A model generated the notes under the pieces. It was not told the origin of the DNA, did not search any database, and saw nothing but the letters and a program-made list of their open reading frames with translations. Made by a program: the position numbers and the translations under genes. DNA of 64,000 bases, taken from Mobula hypostoma. Taxonomy: Eukaryota. Numbering within the stretch: the stretch's first letter is position 1; the number at the start of each line of letters is the position of its first letter. Shown one piece after another: positions 49,533-62,517 of this stretch. The stretch covers positions 23,560,001-23,624,000 of the forward strand of contig NC_086108.1 in assembly GCF_963921235.1 (NCBI RefSeq). The letters are read 5' to 3'.

Positions 49533-49820
49533 AGTGACACAGTGGCATCACTGATCGCTCTGCTGTCTCACATAAACACAGACCTAGGTGAATGCTGATC
49601 TTGAATGCATGTTCTCTCTGTGGCTACATGGCTTTCTATTGGATGGTCTAGTTTCCTCCCATAGCTCAAATATATATGGGTTAGTAGATGAACTAGCTAC
49701 TACACAGTAAATTGACCCTAGTGTGTATATTGAGGGATGAAGAGAATGTAGGGAGTATATAACCGGGATAAATGTTAATGGTTGGTTGATAGTGTCTGTT
49801 TCTATTGCTGAATGACTCCT
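49533..49820 (+). mobile_element. Degraded V-SINE/HE1-like SINE
   Basis: acagtggc...tgctgtctcaca...tgcatgttctc.ctgtg.ct.catgg...gtaaattgaccctagtgtgta, with similar organisation to 13900-14240. Confidence 0.55.
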
Positions 49821-49879
49821 AATCAATATGCTTCCTGTAAAACCAACCTTGTTGTGTATGTGGCCTGTTTACACAACTA

Positions 49880-50047
49880 TGTTATTAATAAAAACGCTGG
49901 AGACGGGAAGTAAGTTTCGTGGTTCTTTACTGGTAGAGTCCGAACTTGACACACACATACAGATCAATACCCGCCTAATAGAGCATGCAACGATGTGTTA
50001 CTAAAGCATAAAGTAGACCCTTATTATAATGTAGGCTATACAGTACA
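49880..50047 (-). repeat. 3' LTR of the Mag-like Gypsy (~168 bp)
   Basis: Starts TGTAC immediately after the PPT and ends TAACA. The end position is inferred from the TG...CA rule only. Confidence 0.65.
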
Positions 50048-52925
50048 CTCCTCCCCTTTTATTTTAATAGTGTATCAACTGTTTTTTTTTACTGGGGCAC
50101 TATGGTAAACAAATATGTTTACCCTTAACATACACATGCCTACTAGTTGTTTACAAATTATAACAAAGTAACTTAATAATATCAAATTATAACAAGCCTT
50201 CTTTTTCTTTTTTTAACTTTTGGTCTAAGACCCATTTATAACTCAAGAAACATCATTGCTGGAGTCTGATTAGTGGTTGCATGTCCTGCATTACAATAGG
50301 CAAGGAGGAAGTTGTCTATCTTGTGTTGCAGTGGTCGATTTTCACTGTCCATTGCCTTGATGGCTTTCTTGAATGTCTGCACAAATCTTTCTGCCAAGCC
50401 ACTTGTGGATGGATGGTAAGGGGCAGATGTAAAGTGCTTGATTCTATTGTTCTTCGCAAAACTTTGGAATTCTTCAGAGACAAATTGTTGTCCATTGTCT
50501 GTGCAGATTTGTTCTAGTATGCCATTCCTGGCAAGCATGGCTCTCAGAACTGTAATGATCTTTTCCAATGTGGTTGTCTTCATTTTGATGACCTCTGGCC
50601 ATTTGGAATGTGCATCGACAGCGATTAAAAAGATGGAGTCCATGAATGGTCCAGCAAAGTCGATGTGCACATGTGGTGATGAGGGCCATTTCCATGGATG
50701 GAGAGGGGCTTGTGGTGATGTGTTCTGGATCTTTTGACATCCAGAGCAGTTCTTGGTCAAGTCCTCAATCTGTTTATCAATTCCTGGCCACCACACATAG
50801 GCACGGGCAAGACTTTTCATTTTCACGGTACCCAGGTGCCCCTTGTGCTGTTCCTCCAGCACCCTGGTGCATAGCTTGGGAGGAATCACAACTTGTGAAC
50901 CTCACATTAGTGTTCCCCAACACACTGACGACCGCTCCTTCCTCACTGAGAAGGCTGGAAACAGTGTGTTACCACGCGCTGGCCATCCCTTTACTGTGAT
51001 GTCATATACTTTTGACAACATAGGGTCATTGCATGTTCCTCTTTCAATTAGGCTGTTTGTCACTGGTAATTGTTCAACTATTGTTGTGTGAAAGACCTCT
51101 TTTGAATCCATTTGTGTAGTTATCTCTGAAGCCGGCAGTGGTAAATGTGACAAACCATCTGCTTGGCCATATTGCTTGGTCCCCTTGTGTTCCATGTCAT
51201 GCATGTGACCTCCTAAGAAAAGAGACCATCGCTGCAGCCTTTGTGCTGTCATCACTGGAACACCTTTTCTTGGGTTGAAGATTGACACGAGAGGCTGATG
51301 GTCAGTCAACAGGGTAAACTTTTGACCATACAGGTAGTGACTGAATTTCTTGACTCCCCACACGAGGCTTAGGGTCTCTCTGTCAATCTGTGCGTAGTTG
51401 CATTCAGCTGAAGTTAGCGTTCTTGAGGCAAAGGCTATTGGTCTTTCTGAGCCATCTGAAAACTTGTGCAATAACACAGTTCCTATCCCATGGGGCGAGG
51501 CATCACAAGCCAGTCGGATTGGTAAGGAGGGGTCAAAGTGCGCGAGCACCCCTTCTCAAGTTATGAGTCTTTTAGTTTCTTGAAACACTCTTTCCCAGCT
51601 CTCAGTCCACTTCCATTGTGTCCCTGTCTGTAATAGTGCATTTAGTGGGTGTGGGACTGTGAATAGGTTAGGCAAGAACTTGTGGTAATAGTTCACTAGT
51701 CCCAAGATATGCTCTCAGCTGAGACACATTTTCAGGTGGTGGTGCATTAAGCACCGCTTCTATCTTGTCTTGAGACATGTGTAAGCCATCCTTGTTGATC
51801 ACATGCCCACAGTATGAGATTTCCTTTTTGAAAAACCCACATTTCCGGCGATTAGCTCTGAGCCCATATTCTCGTCACCTGGTGAGCACTTGTTCAAGGT
51901 TAGAAAGATGTTCGTCGTCATCTTGGCCAGTGACAATGATGTCATCCAGGTAACACTGAGTCCCTGAAATCCCCTGCAGGACCTGGTCCATTGCCCTTTG
52001 CCAGATTGCAGGAGCTGATGCTATCCCAAAAACCAACCTGTTTTACTGGTAAAGTCCTTTGTCTGTATTTATTGTCAGGTATTTCTTGGATGCTTCCTCG
52101 ATTTCCATTTGGAGATAAGCCTGGGCCAAATCAATTTTTGTGAATCGATTCCCTCCTGACAGGGAAGCAAAGATGTCCTCAATACAAGGTAGGGGACACT
52201 GTACTGTGCGGAGAACTGGGTTAACAGTCACTTTAAAGTCACCACATATGCGCACCTTGCTTGGTTTTCCTGGTTTCATGCTGGAGGTTTTCTTCATCAC
52301 TGGAACAATAGGTGTGGCCCATTCACTCCAATCCACCTTTGACAGGACCCCAGTCTGCTCCAGATTTTTCAGCTCTGCCTCTACTGTAGGATGGATTGCA
52401 TATGGCACTGGTCTGGCTTTGTGAAATTTTGGACATGCATTTTCCTCAATCTCCATCTTTGCCTTCATGCCCTGAAGTGTTCCTTTTCCTTTCATGAACA
52501 CTTTCTCAGAGTCAGCAAGTATTTGTGACAGTCTCTCAGATGTAGCCTTGCTGCCCTCCGTTGCTGACACACCTAGTGCCTTGATGGTGTACCAATCCAA
52601 CTGGATTTTCCTGAGCCATTCATGTCCCAGCAACAGTGGTCCTCCATTTTTCAGTACATAGAGGTTCAGCTGCTGTGTTTTATCTCCGTAGGTCACTGTC
52701 ACTTTAAGTTTACCTTTGGGACACACCCTCTGTCCTGTGTAAGTCTTTAGCAGCAGTTTAGATTGTTTCAGAGGTATGTGAGAAAACAGTCATTTGTAGT
52801 CGTGTACAGAGATCACCTTTAAAGCTGAGCCTGTGCCCAACTCCATTTTCAGTCTCATGCCTGCCACTTGTGGAGTGATCCACATTACTCTTCGATCATC
52901 GGTCACTATCACGCGGTGAAGTTGC
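49880..52925 (-). mobile_element. Gypsy LTR retrotransposon (Mag-like), 5' part missing
   Basis: Order protease (MELGTGSA), RT (WATPIVPV, RICGDFK, QCYLDD at 51958-51941), RNase H (LACDAS, LLTDHQPL), integrase (HKGHLG..WWPG..C..C, HIDFAGP, DNG, LAERFV). PPT aaaaggggaggag at 50060-50048. Confidence 0.92.
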
Positions 52926-55040
52926 AGACATATATTATTGGCCAGCTTACTTTTGTATTCCATCTTTACCTTCTTAATTACTTTTTTAGTTGCCTTCTGT
53001 TGGTTTTTAAAAGCTTCCCAATCCTCTAACTTCCCACTAGTTTTCACTCTATTATATGCCTTCTTTTTGGCTTTTATGTTGGTTTTCTTTGATTTCTCTT
53101 GTTAGCCAAGTTTGTGTCATTTTGCCTTTAGAATACTTCTTCCTTTTTGGAATGTATATATCCTGTGCCTTCAGAATTGCTTCCAGAAATTCCAATCACT
53201 TTTGCTCTGCCATCATCCCTGCCAGCATTCTTGTCCAATCAATTCTGGCCATCTCCTCTCTCTTGCCTCTGTAATTCCTTTTTACTCCATTGTAATACAG
53301 ATACATCTGACTTTGCCTTCTCAAATTTCAGGATGAATTCGATCATATGATGATACTTTCCCCTCAGGGTTATTTTTACCTTAAGTTTATTGCACAACAT
53401 CCAATCCAGAATATGTGATTTCCTAGTGGGCTCAATCACAACCTGCTCGAAAAAGCCATCTCACAGGCATTCTAGAAATTCCCCCTCCTGGAATCCAGCA
53501 CCAATCTGATTTTCCCAATCTACCTGCATATTGAAGCCCCCCATGACTATTGTAACATTGCCCTTCTGGCATGTATTTTCTATCTCCCATTATAACTTAT
53601 AGGCTACATCCTTACTACTGTTTGGAGGTCTATACATAACTCTCATCTGGGTCCTTTTACCCTTGCAGTTCCTTACATTGTGTATCCTTAGACATTAAGC
53701 TCCCAGCTACAATCTTCTTTCAGCCATGATTCAGTGATAGCTACAACATCATATCTGCCAATCTGCAACTGTGCAGCAGTTTCATCTACCTTATTCCGTA
53801 TACTGCATGCATTCACATTTAATAGCTTCAGTCCTGTATTCACCCCTTTTGATCTTGTCCACCTTTTACACTACAACTCATCCTGTTGATTGCAATCTTG
53901 CCCTATCAACATCTTCTCCTCACTACATATTGCATCTGTTTGTAAACTAGCCACCTCATCTTTAGCACTATCATCCACCTTTCCTATGATACTTGCATTG
54001 AAATATATGCAGCTCAGGACACTAATCACACCATGCTCAACCTTTTGATTCCTAACTTTGTCTGAGCTCTTACCAACATCTGCCTCCTCAGCCTCTCCAC
54101 TAACTGTTCTGCCACTCTGGTTCCCAGCCCCCTGCAACTCTTGTTTAAACCACACCACACAGCATTAACAAAAGTTCCTGCTAGGACATTAGTCCCCCTC
54201 CAGTTCAAGTGCAAAACGTCCCTTTTGTATAGGTTCCACCTTCCCTGGAAGAGAGCCCAATGATCCAAAAATTCTTATGCCCTCCCTCCTACACCAACTC
54301 CTTAGCCACGTATAAAACTGTATAATCTTCCCAGTTCAGGCCTCACTAGCATGTGGCATGGATAGCAACCCTGAGATCACAGCCCTGGAGGTCCTGCCCT
54401 TTAACTTAGCACCCAACTCCCTGAATTCCCTCTGCAGAACCTCATCATTGGTACCTACAAGGACCACAACTTCTGGCTGTTCACCCTCCCACTTAAGAAT
54501 GCTGAGGACTCGATCTGAGATATCCTGGACCCTTGCACCGGGGAGGCAACATATCATCCGGGAATCTCGTTCTTGCCCACAGCACCTCCTGTCCATTCCC
54601 TTGACTAATGAATCCCAAATCTTCTGAGTCTCAGTACCAGAGACTCGACCACTGTGACTTTCCTGTGATAGATCACCAACCCCCCCCCCGACAGTATCCG
54701 AAGCGATATACCTGTTGTTGAGGGAGGGGGGGACGGCCACAGGGGTACTCTACACTGGCTGTTTAACACCATTCCGCTTCCTGACCGTCACCCAGTTTCC
54801 TGTGCCCTGCACCTTGGGAGTAGCTACCTCTCAATGTGTCCTATCTATCACCCCCTCAGCCTCTAAACTGATCCTGAGTTCATCCAGTTCCAGCTTCTAC
54901 TATGTAACACGGTTTGTTAGAAGCTGCAGCTGGATGCACTTCTCACATTGTAGTCACCAGGGACACTGGAGGTCTCCCTGCCTTCCCACATCCCGCAAGA
55001 GGAGCATTTCACCATCCTGTCTGTCATCCCTACTGTCCTA
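52926..55040 (-). mobile_element. Old CR1 5' half (ORF1 esterase + APE), 3' half missing
   Basis: Peptides WDSLVKGMDRRCCG...CCLPGARVQDISDRV...VVLVGTND (54336-54740), DHWALFQGRWNLYKRDVLHLN and EPTRKSHILDW. Confidence 0.8.
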
Positions 55041-55289
55041 GCTGAGCAGAGATAAAGAAAGGATGCATATATAAGAAGATGCAAATGTGGAATTATTTAC
55101 AAATTTTGCATGGTCCCAATGGTTTAGCAGCCCTGGACTCACCCTTTCCTTTGCTTTTGAACTTTGAACTTAATGTGGGAGTATAAACAGCCCTTGCACA
55201 TCAGAAAGAGTGGCTTGAATTTACATAGCACCACTAATTAGGCAGGACATTCCAGAGTGTTTTACAGCTATTGAAGTGCTCTAATACTG

Positions 55290-57028
55290 TTAGGGTGGTG
55301 CGGTGGAGATATGTCTCTACCAAAGGAGGTGTAAGATGCTCCTTCCCCCCCACCAGCTCACAGGTTACCCTTGGGCAAGGTGTAATACCTGCTTAGCTCC
55401 CATCCACACCCCCCCACCCCCAGTCTGGGTCACATGAAGCCATGGGAGCAGGTATGTATGAGCAGCTGGTGCATATCATAAGTCCTGGTTATGCGACCAC
55501 TAATGCAAGGCAGACAATCTCTGAAGAGTATTGATAATGGCTCTTAGGATCTACGAGCACTGGGGGAAGTACAGTCTCCTCAAGGATAGTCAACATGGCT
55601 TTGTGAAGGGAAGGTCGTGCCTCACGAGAATAATTGAGTTTTTGAAGAGGTACCAAAAGAAATTGATGAAGGTAGGGCGGTAGATGTGGTCTACATGGAT
55701 TTTAGCAAGGCATTTGACAAGGTCCCCCATGAGAGACTCATCCAGAAAGTCATGAGGCATAGGATCAGTGGAACCTTGGCTGTTTGGATAAAAAAATTGG
55801 CTTACAGGAAGAAAGCAGAGGGTAGTAGTAGAAGGAAAGTATTCTTCCTGGAGGTCGGTGACTAGTGGAGTGCCGCAAGAATCTGTCCTGGGATTCCTGC
55901 TCTTTATGATTTTTATAAATGAGCTGGATGAAGAGGCGGAAGGATGGGTGAGTAAGTTTGCGGATGACACGAAGATTGGAGGAGTTGTGGATGGAGCTGT
56001 AGGTTGTTGAAGGTTACAAAAGGGTATAGATAGGATGCAGAGTTGGGCAGAAAAGTGGGAGATGGAGTTCAATCTGGATAAGTGTGAGGTGATGCATTTT
56101 GGCAGGACAAACCAGAAGGCTGAGTACAGGGTTAATGGTCGGTTACTTAAGAGTGTGGATGAACAGAGGGACCTTGGAGTTCAAATCTATACATCCCTCA
56201 AGGTCGTTGCACAGGTTGATAGGATAGTTAAGAAGGCCTATGGGATGCTAGGCTTCATTAATAGGGGATTGAGTTCAAGAGTAGGGAAGTGATGTTGCAA
56301 CTCTACAAATCACTGGTGAGACCACATTTAGAGTATTGTGTTCAGTTCTGGTCACCTCATTGTGGGAAGGATGTTGAAGCAATGGAGAGGGTGTAGAGGA
56401 GATTTACTAGGATGTTGCCTGGAATGGAAAACAAGTCTTATGAGGCAAGGTTAGCAGAGCTGGGACTTTTCTCTTTGGAGCGTAGAAGGATGAGAGGGGA
56501 TTTGATGGAGGTCTACAAGATTATGAGAGGTATAGATAGGGTGGATAGTCAGTACCTGTTTCCCAGGGCATGAATAGCAAACACCAGAGGGCATATGTAC
56601 AAAGTTAAGGGAGGGAAGTTTAGGGGAGATATTGAGGTAAGTTTTTTACACAGAGGGTTATGGGTGCCTGGAATGACTTGCCAGGGATGGAGTTGGAGGC
56701 TAAAACATTAGGAGTATTTAAGAGCCTCTTGGACAGGCACATGGATGAAAGAAAAATAAAAGGTTACGAGGTAGTGTTTGTTTAGAACTTTTTTTTAGGA
56801 ATATATGGGTTGGCACAACATCGAGGGCCAAAGGGCCTGTACTGTGCCGTAGTATTCTAGTGTCTAGGGTCTAGTGTTCTAGTGTCTAATGGCTGGGGTC
56901 ACCTGTCTTGTAAAGGCACTGCCCAGAAGAAGGAAATGTAGAAAAATTTGCCAAGAACAATCATGGCAATGGAAAGACTATGATTGCCTATGTCATATGA
57001 CATGGCACACAGTGAACGAATGAACAAA
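55290..57028 (+). mobile_element. RTE-derived SINE-like element split by a CR1
   Basis: 9-bp TSD ctaatactg (55281-55289 / 57029-57037). The body is interrupted at 55543-56886 and has a gaacgaatgaac-type 3' tail. Confidence 0.65.
55543..56886 (+). mobile_element. 5'-truncated CR1 (third subfamily)
   Basis: RT motifs ([23 protein letters not shown]), (TCTAGTG)-like tail, and 8-bp TSD taatggct at 55535-55542 / 56887-56894. Confidence 0.9.
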
Positions 57029-59159
57029 CTAATACTGCGGCCACTGCTGTAATCAGTGAAATGTTACCATATCAATGCTCTGCTATATTAGTATATATAC
57101 TGTAAATATATGGCACACATTTGTACATAATCAGGCCTATTAATGTCAGGATAGTAACGTTTTGAGTACAGGAATATAACAGACCTGCAGAAATCAAGAT
57201 AATTCTACTGTGCACTGAAACATAAATAGGCTTAGATGTATTAGCATAATCTAATCAACTTCTCAGAGCGTAACCTGAGAACTATATGACTTGATAGCTA
57301 TATGAGCACTGAGTTTACACATGGTAACTATCGAGTTTAGTTCTTTGATGATCACCATTGCCATAAATTAATGACAAGTAATCTTCCCCATGATAGATAG
57401 CAAAATGCAGGAATATTCTTCACCACATCAACGCTGCCTAATCATCGAACGTGAATACATCATGACCAATCAGTCCAACTGGACTCAGCAGTTATCTTGT
57501 TAAGATGCTTTGTCTTCATACCTATCTGATTATGGGTAAATGAGATCTGGTTGAACAATACATCCAGTTGAAGTTGGAAATTCTACAAAAAGGTTTCAAA
57601 TTTAAAACAAGTTGATATGAAATTGACAGTAGATATTTTTAATTGAAAGCGTTAGTTTACGAATTTAGAAATCTACAATAAGATTTGCCAGTTTGAATGT
57701 ATAATCTGCAGTTATTTTAATGGCAGTGTCAATCTAAAAAATGATATTTGAGTTGGATAATCAGATTCAGAATCAGGTTTAATATAACCAGCATGTCGCA
57801 AAATTTGTTGTTTTTGCGGCAGCAATGCAATATTAGAGAAGAAAACTGTGAATTATAGTAGTGTATATATTAAAGAGTTAAATGAAATAAGTAGTGCAAA
57901 AATAAAAATATAAATAAAAATGTAGTGAAATAGTGTTCATGGGTTCAATATTCTTTAAGAAACTGGATGGCATAGGCAGTTAGAAAGTACAACCATCAGA
58001 ACAGATGGGAGTCAATTCAGCACCAAAGCTGAAAATAATTGAAGTGAAGTAAATCAAAATGGGATTAATGGGGATTGGTGGAAATGGGTGATTGATGGTC
58101 AGTGTGAACTCAGTGGGCTGAAGGGCCTGCCTATGCTGTGACTCAATAGAAAAAGCAACAACTTTTTAATTTTGGGGGTTGAAATATCTACAAGTTGTGG
58201 GAGGAAGAGACAATGGAAGAAATGAAACATATCGGAGTTAGAGACTTGGTAGTCAACTCTATGCTTTGGATTGATGTCATGGGAATGTGATGAGGAGGTA
58301 GGACATGTTGGGCATCACCTTTGAAAGTGATTATTGCCTGGACCACAGATGCTAGCATGAATAAAACTATACAGGTGAGAGGATCAAAGCCAATATATGC
58401 AATGGACATACATAGAGAAGTTAATAATGCTTTGATGAAGGAGCCGGGATTTGTGTCCTAAAATGAACCTTGTTTCATAGAATATTAACTTTTGAGGGAG
58501 AAATTATTTTTCCTCATTGCACTGGGGAAGTTAGACATATAAGATAAAGAAGAAAGAAGAAAATGAAAATGATCGTATTGAAATGTTTAGCACAGCTGGA
58601 TTAGTAGAAGTTAGTACTACTGTATAACTTCACTTTACAGTTACCCATCTGACTTGGTGTTTTGATACAGATCTTATTAATAATTAAAGCAACATAATGA
58701 TTATAATTCATTTAAAACAATGATTGTTCACAATGTCAAAATGGAGGCTTGGCAGAGGTGAAATCAAACATCACAATTCTCTGTTGGGAATCAGAATCAG
58801 GTCCAACCCAAGAGTAAAATCAACTTCAAAGTTAACATGACCTTCGAAGATGATATCTATCCAATCTTCAATAAGCCATGCTTGATGAGATCATTTGTTG
58901 AAATCATCCCAAGCAATGCTACATTAATGAGATCAGAACAATGCATAAAATTTCTGCCTCAACATGAAAGCCTTTGATAATTGGATGGAACACACCCTTG
59001 CCATTGAAACTTTTGGTTCAAAGAGGCAGTCACAACACTATGACTGTTTTCAAAGAGGGATTTTCATATTTTTCAATCACACTGTTGTGTCAACAATTAA
59101 GTGAACATCAAAAATATATTGTCAGTAAAATAAACAAACAATGAAGAATCCTGCCGAAG

Positions 59160-59445
59160 GGTGGCATGATGAAGCGACTAGTAGAGTTGTTGTCTCAGGA
59201 TGTAATCCTGACCTCTGCTGCTGAATGTGTGGAGTTTTTTTTCCCCTGTGATAGTGTTAGTCCTCTAGTTTCCTTTCACATCACAAAGATATGCAGCAAG
59301 CTAATTTTCAACTGTAAGATACTCCATATGTGCAGGCAACTGATAGAATTGGTGAGAACATGGGGAGAGAACAGGTTACAGGGAACGGGCAGGGAAATAG
59401 GATTGCTTCGTGAGCCTGCATTGGCTTGATAGTCTGAATGGCCAC
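59160..59445 (+). mobile_element. Degraded V-SINE/HE1-like SINE
   Basis: aatcctgacctc.gctgctg..tgtgtggagttt...ccctgtga; similar to the copies at 13900 and ~18230. Confidence 0.5.
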
Positions 59446-59611
59446 ATTGCAGGTAATATGGAAGTATGAAATATTATGCTCATGTTCTCAATATTTATTG
59501 CTGATTTATTAATTTCTTTTCTTTCTTCTTGTATTTGCACAGCTTGTGTTTTTTGCACACTGGCTGTCTGCCCTGTTGAGTGTGGTTTTTCACTGATTGT
59601 ATTATGGTTAA

Positions 59612-59910
59612 TATAGTCCAGTCAGCTTCACGTCAGTGGTAGGGAAGCTACTGGGGAGAATACTGAGGGATAGGTTTTATGCATATTTGAAAGGGAAGGC
59701 CTGCTTAGGGACAGACAGCATGGCTTATTAAGTTTTCTTAGGAGATCATAAAGGGGCTTAATTAGGGTAAGGCAATGGACATTACCTACATGGACTTTAG
59801 TAAGGCATTTGATAAGGTTGCTCATGTTAGGTTGATTCAGAGGATAAATATGCATGGGTGAATTGCAAGTTTGTACTCAGTATTGGCTTGCCCATAGAAG
59901 ACAATGAGTG
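59612..59910 (+). mobile_element. CR1 RT fragment, cut by the LTR element
   Basis: agtcagcttcacgtcagtggtagggaagcta...tacatggactttagtaaggcatttgataaggtt. Confidence 0.75.
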
Positions 59911-61672
59911 TGTTATGCACCAAACCATGCCAGTTTAGATGCTCTGAATCTCCAGAGTGTGGATAGCTGGTGCAGTCCCTTTAAAGATTCTGGTCCACTT
60001 GGCTAGTTGGCAACCATGTTTTAACACCAAGGTTTCAATATTTAAAGAGCACCTAAACTCAGATTTGGTGCTCAATCATCAGTTCAACTTTTGTTCAGTC
60101 TGCTATTGCATTTAGGATTTGTCTCATTTGGATTCTCATCAAGTCTCATCAGGTTCTCATCTAGCATCTAGTCAGGAACCCTTTTCTCATCCAAGTCTTG
60201 AAATGATGTCTCGATTCTAGTCTCGGATAGTCCAGCACTTAGGTCCTAACCATCCTCACCTAGGCCTTTTGTCACAGTATGATTGAGCCAACATGGACCC
60301 AGTGGGTTATCTGAGTCTCTCATCAGCTATGGCCAGCCACTGTGAGCAGATCTCAAGACAGGGCCTGGGTATATATGACTTCCGGGTCACCATGCATTAT
60401 TGCCACTTGGTGAAGCCAGAACCTCTTGGGTGAGGCCGTTGGTAGCACTGTGGAGTCAATACATCGTTTGACCCCGGAGATGTCCGATGGTGACCCGGGT
60501 TCTTGCTGCGGCTTCCTCACACAGTGCTCGTTGGGAACTTCAACCGTCCTGGTTTTCAATGGAGTGTGGAAAGGTGGCCTTAGTAATTTCTTTCCTGACA
60601 GGGAGAACTCTGGCCTGGGTCACCATGCATTGAGAGTGGAGGTCAGTGATTTGCTCTGATTCGGAAAAATTCATGAACATCATGGAGTAGGCTTCGCGAA
60701 CCCCATGGAGAGTGTGTTCCACCATCCCATCGGAGCTAACAGATCCTTGGATCATCTGATGAAGTTACATCAAGGTAGTCAGTAAGCACCTAACTATGCA
60801 ATTGAATTTCGGTCTTTGGCCGAAGTGTGTGGCTGGAATGGGGAGACCTTGGCCACTCTGTACCGCCACAGACTCCGAGGCAAATTAAAGAATACCCTTT
60901 CTTCAGGAGAGCCGATAGAAGACTTAAAGGTTCTGATTGATCAGTCCATCCTCTTCGATAGCTGCCTGGCAGAGCCAAAGTGGGACTATCTCAAGAGGTC
61001 GAAGAAGACTAGCTCAAGCCCAGCTTCTTCACATCATAGTTCCACTTTCTGACCTTGGACAATGACCCCGTTGAGACAATGCAAATCGGCTGCACAAGAA
61101 TCTCCACTGATGTGAGGTCCTGGCATCAGAGTCAAGGTTGTTGCTATTACTGCAGAGAAACAGGCCACCTGTGGGCTGAATTTCTGAAGCTGCCGCCATC
61201 AGGGAACTGCTAAGACCATCCAGTGATGGGAGGACTGTAAAAGTAGCAGTCAATACTCCCAACCCTACAGATTCCGGTGTAATGCTGAAGACGGAGATCT
61301 CCTGGGGAAAGAACCTATGAAAGGCGAATGCCTTTGTGGACTCTGGGGCAGCTGGTAATTTCCTGGACTTGGGGACAGCCCATCAGCTCAACATACCCTT
61401 GCAGGAGCTGAGCCATCACATAACCGCAACTGCCCTGGAGAGATGTCCTCTTGGGTCGGGCAACAGACATCGGTTTTGCAAATGAGAAAAGGGGATATTT
61501 GTTTTCATATCACATACCCCTGATCCTTGGGCACACTTGGCTGACAAGCATAACCCTTCCATGAACTGGGAGGATGGAAGAATCATCGCATGGACAAGTC
61601 TTTATAAACAGGAATATTTTTGGTTTGGTATTCTGACTCCCAGACTCTCCCGAGACCAGCAGATTGAGGAGG

Positions 61673-61805
61673 GTCCTGACGAAGGGTCTCGGCCTGAAAC
61701 ATTGACTGCACCTCTTCCTAGAGATGCTGCCTGGCCTGCTGCGTTCACCAGCAACTTTGATGTGTGTTGCTTGAATTTCCAGCATCTGCAGAATTCCTCT
61801 TGTTT
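61673..61805 (+). mobile_element. 133-bp Penelope terminal insertion starting at a hammerhead motif
   Basis: 12-bp TSD agattgaggagg (61661-61672 / 61806-61817). Begins gtcCTGACGAagggtctcggcctGAAACATTgac. Confidence 0.85.
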
Positions 61806-62517
61806 AGATTGAGGAGGCATTCCTTTGCTCGGGGTAACCCGAAACCTTTGGGAGACACAAGGGCAGAAAAGCCTGTTCTAGTCAACAGGACCGTGTGAGC
61901 ACCGACCCAGTCTAGTCACAGGTGAGCTGGAACTGGAGAGAAAGGGTCTCTAGTTCAGGAAAAAGCCAAGAAGCCTGTCAAGGAGGTGTCCAAGAATTCT
62001 GGAGCCCCAGCAGCCAAGCCTAAGGGAACCAGTCGTCAGGTCCCGTCTAGGGGAAAGACTCCTAAATGTAAATCCTAGAGCCTCGTCCCAGGAGGATAAA
62101 GACCATCCGTAGCCATCATCCGAGAATACAGATGAAAACTTGGACTCTGCTTTGGTCAAGAATCTGGAGTCGGATAAAGATTCCAATTTGGATTTATTTC
62201 AACAAAGGACTCTAGTGAATATATGGAGGTGACTCTGAATTGGAGCATTAAGAAGGGTTTTGGCCCGAAATGTCAGCTGGACTCTTTTCCATAGATGCTG
62301 CCTAGACAGCTGAGTTCTTCCAGCATTTTGTGCATATTGTCTGGAATGACCGCGGACCCAAGGGTTGCCAGAACCCTTGAGTTCATTAAGAGGAGACACT
62401 GGTGTTGTGGAATGACTGAAGAAGACCAGCAATACGTGCAAGTATGCAACGTGTGCGTCTGGAACAAGGAATTCAACAACCAACCTCTGGGGTTCCGTCA
62501 CTCTCTACATGGGAGAG

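Noticed and set aside
49316..49540. 74-aa minus ORF as a further ASTN1 exon
   Set aside because: No astrotactin similarity and no convincing splice sites.
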